From a virus (Duplodnaviria; Caudoviricetes), in the IMG/VR virus record IMGVR_UViG_3300009788_000012, positions 292-64,291 of that record: a DNA stretch of 64,000 bases; one strand, written 5' to 3'. A program made the position numbers and the translations under genes. This document shows positions 10,336 through 17,939 of the stretch, piece by piece. Within the stretch, counting starts at the first letter, position 1, and every line of letters starts with the position of its first letter. A model generated the notes under the pieces. The model saw only the letters and a list, made by a program, of their open reading frames with translations. It was not told the DNA's origin and did not search any database.

Positions 10336-10532
10336 GACCAGTAAAGATTATTCAAATTTTAGGTCCACCCCACAGGAAGTCATCCCGACTAAAGCGTTTT
10401 AGCCCCGTAGACCAGCGGGTAGGGCGGATAATGGTCAAATATTCTTAATCCTCGCACCCCTTCTCGACGAACAGACGTCTACTTTGGCGGCGAACGCATC
10501 AAGTTTCGATGCGGTGCGAGGAATAAAAATAT

Positions 10533-10601
10533 GGGAGGTGCTCTATCCGCTGAGCTACACGTATGGGGGCGTGGCGGGATTTGAACCCACGACCTCCTCC
10601 C
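10533..10601 (-). ncRNA. circularly permuted tRNA-like RNA 1 (short acceptor stem)
   Basis: GGGAGG-AGGTC-GTGGG TTCAAAT CCCGC-CACG CCCCCATA CGTG-TA-GCTC AGCGGATA GAGC-A-CCTCCC. Confidence 0.85.
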
Positions 10602-10702
10602 TAAAGCTTATTCAAATTTCAGGGGCGCCCGCCTAGCGGCTTCAAAGGCCTATGCGAAGCAATACGGTTTCAGTATTTTTATCGAGAGACGGGCGCAAAC
10701 AC

Positions 10703-10775
10703 GGGAGGCGAGATGACCACTTCTATATACACCCCTGACGGGTGTAGCCGGATTCGAACCACGCGATCTCCTCCC
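10703..10775 (-). ncRNA. circularly permuted tRNA-like RNA 2
   Basis: GGGAGG-AGATC-GCGTGG TTCGAAT CCGGC-TACACCC GTCAG GGGTGTA-TA-TAGA AGTGGTCA TCTC-G-CCTCCC; perfect 7-bp acceptor stem closed by a 5-nt loop. Confidence 0.85.
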
Positions 10776-10781
10776 TAAAAC

Positions 10782-10860
10782 AGGGAGGTGCTCTACCTAC
10801 CAGTTGAGCTACGTCGCCCTGAGGGGGCGTCGGCAGGACTCGAACCTGCATCTCCTCCTT
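10782..10860 (-). ncRNA. circularly permuted tRNA-like RNA 3
   Basis: AAGGAGG-AGAT-GCAGG TTCGAGT CCTGC-CGACGCCC CCTCA GGGCGACG-TA-GCTC AACTGGTAGGTA GAGC-A-CCTCCCT. Confidence 0.88.
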
Positions 10861-11172
10861 AAAACTGTTCATTCAAATTTTATGATTGCATTCGCGGAAG
10901 GGCGGCGCCCTTTAAGGATGCCCGCCCTTCCGCTCGACATAGGAGGTGGCGATATTTTTAGTGAGACGCCATCACTGTAAGTTTGGTTAGCCAGCAAAAG
11001 TAATCCATGCCTCCTACGATTGTTCAACTGTAGTCATTGCTCTTGGCGAGTAGTCTCGCGTCAAACATTAGGCATTGGTCTTCTCCTTTTGGGTGCTTTC
11101 CCGTGCGGGGCACAAATTCTATTTTCAACTTGTTGATGGGTGTCTTACCCGTTCTCCCCTCAACTTGACCTA

Positions 11173-11201
11173 AGTGTACACGAAAACGATCCGTTTGTCA
11201 A
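11173..11201 (-). promoter_or_regulatory. sigma70-type promoter for the ncRNA array-rtcB transcript
   Basis: TTGACA-17 nt-TACACT on the minus strand with an AT-rich upstream segment. Confidence 0.8.
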
Positions 11202-11240
11202 GTACTTTCTCAAAAAACTTTTAGAGGGGCGCAGCCCACT

Positions 11241-11612
11241 CTACAGCGCATCTTTCTTCCTGTGGTTCCGCCACGCGAGCCAGCCGCCCATGCGAACACC
11301 AGCCCAGATGATGCGTGCCTTCTTCGCGCGGCACTCCTTCATGGCTACTAGGAATATCTTGTCGCACTCTTTACGTGTATAAACACCAATATCATACAGA
11401 TAGTCGTGCAATACTGCTGCCTCCCCGTGACGCCCCCAGCGGGGCACTATGTTCCAGAGGCCGCGCGGTACAGACGCAAAGTCCGTGACGAAGCCGGCGG
11501 GCACTGTGATGACGATACCTAATTCGTCGTATCGATACCTTAAGGGCTGCATTAGCCTCCATCGCTTACCGTCACCCAATGGGGTTACTACTAGTTTGTT
11601 TGTGAATGGCAT
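11241..11612 (-). CDS. DUF1353-family protein
   Basis: VPAGFVTDFASVPR...AAVLHDYLY...RKECDKIF...GVRMGG. Confidence 0.88.
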   Translation of the reverse strand: MPFTNKLVVTPLGDGKRWRLMQPLRYRYDELGIVITVPAGFVTDFASVPRGLWNIVPRWGRHGEAAVLHDYLYDIGVYTRKECDKIFLVAMKECRAKKARIIWAGVRMGGWLAWRNHRKKDAL

Positions 11613-11618
11613 TGTTTG

Positions 11619-14600
11619 TTATCTCCTTGTTCTGCTTCGCACTCTGCCTCTACCTCTAGTTTTTCTCCTCGTTCTTTTAGCTGCGTTCACTTTAGCTTTC
11701 TTCCTGGCGGGCGCACCAATTAGACCGAGACCAGATTCAATCTTCTGGATAACGCCACCCAGGGGAGCGCCAACGATATTGCTACTACCTTCGACCAACT
11801 CAAAAACACCGCGTAACGTTTGACCGTGGTCGGCATTGGATAATCCTTTCGCCAGATCTTTTGCGCCAAACCCGAGTTTGTTTATTGTGCTGCCAACAAG
11901 AGATTCGTGAATTTCCTCGGAGAATCCAAACAGTACTTCCGCAAATGCCTCCGTGCCTTCAACCGCAGCTTCTCCTACGCTCTTGTCTGACCATTCCACA
12001 TCATTGATTTTTTTTGCGGCCCCCAGGATAACGCGAGATAACTTCCCCGCCCAGGGGACGAAAGACGACGGAAATTCAGAAAGGAAATTCATAACGTCAT
12101 AATCGCCGAACCCGGCATACCAATCTAGGAATGTGTTTTCTTTCTCTAGTTCCTTGACATCATCTGGGTCAGGCTTCCATTTAGAACCAAGAGCCGCAGC
12201 GAGCTTAACTATAAGCACTGATGCCGCGCCGGTTCTGGCCATCCTGAATCCCTTCCGGATAAGGGAAGATGCAAAACCATTAGCGACAGCCGTTAGTGCT
12301 GTGCCCATCAGGTTCTTGGCATTCTCCGGGGTCTTGTTGTACTTCCATTTTAGCCAGTCCTTGTACCAAATATTAGCAGCGACAGAAGGTTGACCAAAGA
12401 ACGGCAAGAAGATGCCGAAGCCTGTACTCTTGAGAGTGCGATACTGCACGGTCTCCTCGAGGGCTGTGGCTGGGTCTTGAGTCTTGCGAATAATCTCGTC
12501 AAGGATGTCAATCGTTTCGACTTCACTTCTTCCTTGATCCTTCAAGAGTTTATAGGCGGCTACTGCATTCCTCTGTTCTGCGATAGACATACCTTGTAGG
12601 GCCTTGCTCTGCCAGCGTCGCATTGCGAGTTGTGCTAAAGATTTACTGGCCTTTACATCTACCGGTAAGTTGGACATAACGCGAAGTTCATCCATTACCC
12701 AGCGATGGTAGAAATAGCCTTGCTTGAGCAACTTCTGTCGAATGGCTTCGTTCTTTTTGTCGGCGAAAAATCTAGTAGGTATCGCCAGCTTACCCGTAGC
12801 AAATGTAGATATACCCAATTTGCGCAGTTCGTTCGCGAGTAACACGCTACCCGGCCCCCTGTTCATAAGTACGGTGCTAAGCCTTGACCCCAGAATGGCC
12901 GGAGAGGTACGGCGCTGGATAGCCTGAAGGAACTTATCTATATCGGTCCACTTGTCCGAATGTTTGGTAACACCGGCGAGTGCGAGGACGTTATCCACCA
13001 TGTTCTGTGCGAACTTCGTACCTAGTGTCTTAGCCATGGTTTCTTTTACTTTAGGATCATTAAGTAAAGATATTGCATCCGATCCGGGTACCAGCATATG
13101 AGTCCAAGTGGCCATGTCGTACACCTGCTTTTGGAACCTATCGAAAACATCGCCAAGCATAAGTACGTGCTTATGCGGAACTCTGTTCTTGGTAAAATTG
13201 GGATTCATTAACGACGCGACCTGGTTGTAGTCCTTGCCCCGAAAGTCTTCAGACTTCTGCGGTGGGGTGTCAGAGGTATCAGGAGTCATCACCCAATGGT
13301 CTTCATTGAAGAACCTTTCCCTTCCAAAAACACTCAAGGAAGCCAGGTTTGCCTCCGGGACAAGAGCATTCTTCAGCGAACGCATCTCTTCGACGATCTT
13401 CTTTTGTGAAGAAGACAGGGTGTTTATTAAGGGTCCGATGTCTTCGAATCCAAACTTATCAACGCCGGGTTCGTTTTGAATTCTTTTACGCTCAGCCTTA
13501 AAGCCATAAGATCGAAGGTGCAGCCGCGCCTGCGGGTCAAGCATCAGGGCATATAGCTCCATTATTTCTGCGTCCGTGAATTCGAGAACGCGACCATCAA
13601 TATTGTGCTTTTTGAGTTTGACGATCCACAAACCCATCTGCTTGTTAGTGACATTGTTGTCTTTAAGCAGATCCTGAAAATCCCTATGGATATCAGCCAC
13701 CGAAGTCAAGGAATCAATGTTTGCCCTCCGGAGTGATTCGTAGAAAACGCTATAGCCGACAGTGTCTATTTTCCCGCCGCCCATAACCAAGGCCATGGTA
13801 TTCTCGTCGCCTCGACCATCGCCAAAAAGGCTTTGAAACCACCCTCGCGTCTTCTGCGTTTCATTGATTGACTTTTTAAGCACGGGCAACGTAGAGGTCA
13901 GATCTTTATTGAGCTGTCCTGCGGCGTCCCCTTTCTGCGTCTTATTTTTGTCTGACAACTTCTGCTGCATTAGGGTCGACATTTTGAAAAGAGCGGAAAG
14001 TTCAAGCGCGAGAGTTCTGTTGTCTTTCCAGTTAGCCTTTTCAAGTCTTGCTTCGACATCGTTTTTCAGTTCTGCTATCTTCTTTTCTGAGGCTTCCACT
14101 TCGGCATGCGGGGCTTTGTTTTTAACCAGGCGACGGCGATTGTTTTTCTCTTCGCGCAGTCTGCTGAGCGTGCCTTGAATACCCTTGTAATCTCTTATCA
14201 GTTTCTTCGCCTGGTCCCCAAAGTCAGTACCGTTTTCTGCTGAGCCGTTAAACATCTTCTCTGGTACCGTCTTGGTCAACCACCTACGAAGATCGGCTTT
14301 CCAGTATCGATTCTCAAGTGTGTTCAGGCGCTTTCGTGCATGGACGAGAGACTTAGCAATGTCGCCGCGAGTCGCACGACGTATGGCGAGCCTGTTCTCT
14401 TCGCCGATCCATTCGTTCATGTCGGCCCGAGCCTTCTTGGTCTTTTCTTTTTCCGTTCCTGGGCCATCAAGGATTTCTTCCAGATGGGTAATCATGAAAT
14501 CGAACTCATCCATAGAGGTGCGCAGATTATCTGGTCTGCCTGCATTGATGGCCTGTATCTCTTTCAGCGCCTGGTCGATTGCGGCGTTGACTCCCTTCAC

Positions 14601-17600
14601 GAATTGCAGCTCTCTACCGGCTTTCTTGCCCTCGTTAAAGGTGGAGCGCATAACACTAGGTATAGTCTTCGCCTCGGTTGGTTTGCCTGTCAGTTTCTTG
14701 TGTTCTTTCTTGAAGCGTTCGATTTGTTTATCCCTGGTCTTCTGATCTTTGGTGCCTTTTCTAAACGCCTCGCTCACTACTCCGGCAGGCGTCTTCGCTT
14801 CCGGTACTTCGCCTGTGATCTTTTTGTGCTTTCTCTTGACGCTCTTGAGCGCAGCCTTTTTCTCCGCCTTCACCGCCCGCTGCTTCGCCTTAGTCTCTTT
14901 CCTCTTGGCCTTGAGGCGTTCGATGTCGACCACAACGGGGCGAGTGATCTTGGCTGCTTCACCAAAGGTTGGGTCTATCTCGTTGAGCAGTTTGTCAATT
15001 CTCTTGAGGATAGCTTTCTCGGCTACACCCTTATCCTCAGATGTAGAGAAGGCAAGGCCGGCAGTTGCCGTAGCTGGACGTGCGAACATTGCCGCAGATA
15101 CTATGTCGGCGAGCTGTTCATTAGTGAATCTGGCGCCAGATATCTTAGCGAGTGCTTTCTTAAACATAGCGATTAATCGTTTCCACCAAACCTTTGCCTT
15201 GTCGAAGTGACCAAGCGCGACACTGTCGGCCATCCACTCTCGCGCGGCTAGACGTCTCCCAGATGGGGTGTTTAATGGAATATTTCGCTCGTCGGCGTAC
15301 TCCTTAATGTCTTTTCTGCGAGCGAGTAACAGATCCTTGAAAAACGGCTCCACTTCTTTACCAAGAACAGCATCGATGCCTCGATGTCCCACTAACTCGT
15401 GAGTGGCAACAAAAGATACTTCGTCCGGGTCTCTTAGATTGCTCGAAACTAAATACACGCTATCTGTATCGGTCTGGTACATAGCTCTAACCCTGAGTCC
15501 TTCTTCCGCCCGTTCTTGCGCAAATTCTCGCGCGGCTGGAGGCAGTTGATCTATGGTGTCCACAACTATCAAGTTGTTGGGCGGCACTGCCTGTTTAGAC
15601 ACAACCCTCTTGGCTATCGCCTCAACATTCGCACTAGTCAATCCCTTGACTGTGTCTCTTGGAGACGTGGAAAGAGAGAGATCTAACGGCGCAACGCGGC
15701 CTTCCTGCGCTTGCGCCTGCGTTCTTTCCTGGTCTTTTTCATTTACAACTCCTAGCGCGAACTCGTCAAATCCCCTGAGTTCTTCTTGTTCTTCTTCCTC
15801 GATAGCTTGGTCTTCTTTGTTATGCCACACCTCTATGTCGGCTTCTATCCTGGTCTTCTGATCAATCTCCGTTGTGGGATTAACTAGATCTTTCTGTTCG
15901 CGGTCGAGCCTATCTTCTGCGTCCTTCACCGCCAAGCTCGCTGTTTCATCGCGCTCTTCAACGGTGGGCGATCTGGCAATCTCAATAGCCTTGTCTGGGT
16001 CTACGCCCTTTTGAATAAGGTCGTTTACAAACAGTCCCTGCTCCATTCGTTTGCCGAGCATGTTTCCAGTCAGTGACGCCATGACCGCATCGGGATCTGG
16101 GGCGGCCTCATTACGTTCATCTAAGATGCGCTCAGCTTCGTCAGCAGTTACTGCAACGCCGTTGTCTGCAAACAATTGCGCAATTTTGCTGATGTCTTCG
16201 GTCTGCTTACTCTTCCTTTCATCAACAAATTCGGCTACTTTTTCTCGAGATTCTTCTACGTCGTCACTGTTACGTATGTCGGCAGACAATGCCCTTATCT
16301 GCGTGTCTGAAGCTTTAACAGAATCTCCGAACTGTTCTTTCATTTCCTTTCCGAGGGCTGAATCTTGCTGTGCTATTCTCTTAAGGTTAGCTGCGCCCCG
16401 GAGTCCTGTAAATCCGCCGCCTGTAGCCGCGAGAACCAGGGCGGTGATCTTCATTTCTTCTCTGCTCATAAAGGGGGAACGAACTCCCAAATCAAACACA
16501 TCTAGGCCTGTGGCCAGACCGAGTTCTGAGGAAAGCCATTCTGCGGTATGCTGTATTGTTTCCTCCGCAAACTCACCGGCGAATCCGTTCCATAGAGAAT
16601 TCTTGGTAAATTCAGACACACCAGGAGACGCGGTAAATCCGGCTTTGATTCTTAATGCTTGCTGTAGAAATTTACCCTTATCGCCCGCTGCTGCTTTGGC
16701 TGCAAAAGAAAGCATGCCCTTATACACTCTCTTTATTTGGCCGACAGATAACTTATCTACGCCACTAAGAAGAGCGCGCACAGACGGCCTGCTAAGTACG
16801 AAGCGAGATGCTCCAGGCAGAAACTCTCCAATACCCTCGGTACCACGCTCCATCATGCCCTGGATTGTGTTGCGAATAAAACCCTTTGCGATGTCTGTCT
16901 TAAATTCTTTGGCGTCGAAGTTGACTACAGTGAGTTGGTGTTCATCTGAATTCAGATTGTATTCATCGCGGATGTCCGCTGCCTGTACGGCGTCGAGCGC
17001 AGCTTTGGCTGCATATTTCGGGAGAAGAAAGGGAGTACGCAACAATTCTCGTTTTGCGATACGTGAAGCAGCGTTGATGGTTTTGGCTGGAAACTGCTTC
17101 CATGTTAGACTGGCTGCCGCCGTGCCAACTGCTCCTCTATAGGCTTTCCTAATACCGACCTTGGCAGCTTTTTCTATGCCTTCCTGAGCCACCTTTCTGC
17201 CGCCAGATACAACAGGTCCGGTCGCGGCAAGTTCTGCAATAAATGGTATAGTCTGCGCAATACCAGATCCCACGTGAAACCCCGTACTGCCAGGCAGAGA
17301 TCTATCGAACATTTCATTCTGTATGTCTAGCACGTCACGATATGTTGCGTCATCAGTGGCGCCGTTGAGGGATCGGTAGAGAGTAAGTCCTTGCTTGCCA
17401 AGCTTGATGAAAGTCTTAGCCCCAAACACATCGAGGGCTTCAGTAAAGTCTACGTTGAAAAACTTCTTTTCTTTGAAAATGGCTAAGTCCGATAGAGTCG
17501 CCTTGGGTAACTGCGCTTTTTCTCGGAATGAATCAACCGCTGATTTCAAATTCGGTCCAGATAGCTTCTCCCAGTCACCCATCTTCTCGTTGAGAAAGTC

Positions 17601-17930
17601 GAGGGTGTGTTGGTTGGCTTCGGTACTTCTGAGGCGATTCAGGGTATCTTGTTTGACTACCTTCGGGTCGCCCACGACAAGAGGTTTGGCTGTTGGAGGT
17701 TGGAGTGTATCGTCAGTTGGTCCCTCGACATCTATAGTAGTGAATTGCGCGGGGCCCGTGGCCGGCGCAGGGGCTTCGGCTGGTGCGGGGGCGACCGGCT
17801 GCGGTACCGGCTCTTCGCCTCTGCGCAAGAGATCGGAGAAGATGCCCCCCTCTTGAACGGGCGGCGCCTGTTGTTCGGTAGAGACTCTGCCTTCTGTTTC
17901 TTTCAATAAACCTGTAAAGATGGTAGCCAT
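11619..17930 (-). CDS. giant internal virion / DNA-ejection protein with zincin-like motif
   Basis: 2103 aa, helical and charged, last large gene of the virion module; RAMY...VYLV...THELVGHRG...EWMA metallopeptidase-like segment. Confidence 0.65.
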   Translation of the reverse strand: MATIFTGLLKETEGRVSTEQQAPPVQEGGIFSDLLRRGEEPVPQPVAPAPAEAPAPATGPAQFTTIDVEGPTDDTLQPPTAKPLVVGDPKVVKQDTLNRLRSTEANQHTLDFLNEKMGDWEKLSGPNLKSAVDSFREKAQLPKATLSDLAIFKEKKFFNVDFTEALDVFGAKTFIKLGKQGLTLYRSLNGATDDATYRDVLDIQNEMFDRSLPGSTGFHVGSGIAQTIPFIAELAATGPVVSGGRKVAQEGIEKAAKVGIRKAYRGAVGTAAASLTWKQFPAKTINAASRIAKRELLRTPFLLPKYAAKAALDAVQAADIRDEYNLNSDEHQLTVVNFDAKEFKTDIAKGFIRNTIQGMMERGTEGIGEFLPGASRFVLSRPSVRALLSGVDKLSVGQIKRVYKGMLSFAAKAAAGDKGKFLQQALRIKAGFTASPGVSEFTKNSLWNGFAGEFAEETIQHTAEWLSSELGLATGLDVFDLGVRSPFMSREEMKITALVLAATGGGFTGLRGAANLKRIAQQDSALGKEMKEQFGDSVKASDTQIRALSADIRNSDDVEESREKVAEFVDERKSKQTEDISKIAQLFADNGVAVTADEAERILDERNEAAPDPDAVMASLTGNMLGKRMEQGLFVNDLIQKGVDPDKAIEIARSPTVEERDETASLAVKDAEDRLDREQKDLVNPTTEIDQKTRIEADIEVWHNKEDQAIEEEEQEELRGFDEFALGVVNEKDQERTQAQAQEGRVAPLDLSLSTSPRDTVKGLTSANVEAIAKRVVSKQAVPPNNLIVVDTIDQLPPAAREFAQERAEEGLRVRAMYQTDTDSVYLVSSNLRDPDEVSFVATHELVGHRGIDAVLGKEVEPFFKDLLLARRKDIKEYADERNIPLNTPSGRRLAAREWMADSVALGHFDKAKVWWKRLIAMFKKALAKISGARFTNEQLADIVSAAMFARPATATAGLAFSTSEDKGVAEKAILKRIDKLLNEIDPTFGEAAKITRPVVVDIERLKAKRKETKAKQRAVKAEKKAALKSVKRKHKKITGEVPEAKTPAGVVSEAFRKGTKDQKTRDKQIERFKKEHKKLTGKPTEAKTIPSVMRSTFNEGKKAGRELQFVKGVNAAIDQALKEIQAINAGRPDNLRTSMDEFDFMITHLEEILDGPGTEKEKTKKARADMNEWIGEENRLAIRRATRGDIAKSLVHARKRLNTLENRYWKADLRRWLTKTVPEKMFNGSAENGTDFGDQAKKLIRDYKGIQGTLSRLREEKNNRRRLVKNKAPHAEVEASEKKIAELKNDVEARLEKANWKDNRTLALELSALFKMSTLMQQKLSDKNKTQKGDAAGQLNKDLTSTLPVLKKSINETQKTRGWFQSLFGDGRGDENTMALVMGGGKIDTVGYSVFYESLRRANIDSLTSVADIHRDFQDLLKDNNVTNKQMGLWIVKLKKHNIDGRVLEFTDAEIMELYALMLDPQARLHLRSYGFKAERKRIQNEPGVDKFGFEDIGPLINTLSSSQKKIVEEMRSLKNALVPEANLASLSVFGRERFFNEDHWVMTPDTSDTPPQKSEDFRGKDYNQVASLMNPNFTKNRVPHKHVLMLGDVFDRFQKQVYDMATWTHMLVPGSDAISLLNDPKVKETMAKTLGTKFAQNMVDNVLALAGVTKHSDKWTDIDKFLQAIQRRTSPAILGSRLSTVLMNRGPGSVLLANELRKLGISTFATGKLAIPTRFFADKKNEAIRQKLLKQGYFYHRWVMDELRVMSNLPVDVKASKSLAQLAMRRWQSKALQGMSIAEQRNAVAAYKLLKDQGRSEVETIDILDEIIRKTQDPATALEETVQYRTLKSTGFGIFLPFFGQPSVAANIWYKDWLKWKYNKTPENAKNLMGTALTAVANGFASSLIRKGFRMARTGAASVLIVKLAAALGSKWKPDPDDVKELEKENTFLDWYAGFGDYDVMNFLSEFPSSFVPWAGKLSRVILGAAKKINDVEWSDKSVGEAAVEGTEAFAEVLFGFSEEIHESLVGSTINKLGFGAKDLAKGLSNADHGQTLRGVFELVEGSSNIVGAPLGGVIQKIESGLGLIGAPARKKAKVNAAKRTRRKTRGRGRVRSRTRR

Positions 17931-17939
17931 CTAAGACTC

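Larger units (their letters stand above)
9870..11165 (-). ncRNA. polycistronic array of about a dozen structured small RNAs upstream of rtcB
   Basis: No credible ORF over 1.3 kb. Successive modules are each closed by a terminal stem and separated by A/U-rich spacers; promoter at 11173-11201. Confidence 0.75.

Noticed and set aside
10732-10819. A conventionally ordered tRNA made from the D arm of unit 3 and the T arm of unit 2 (CCTCCC-TGTTTTA-GGGAGG anticodon arm)
   Set aside because: Its acceptor strands GGCGACG and TACACCC mismatch at four of seven positions, whereas each pairs well within its own permuted unit; unit 1 also stands alone in permuted order.
9870-11165. CRISPR array, tmRNA or a named large RNA (GOLLD/ROOL)
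   Set aside because: No identical repeats with regular spacers, no tag ORF or tmRNA termini, and I cannot verify a match to a large RNA family without covariance models.
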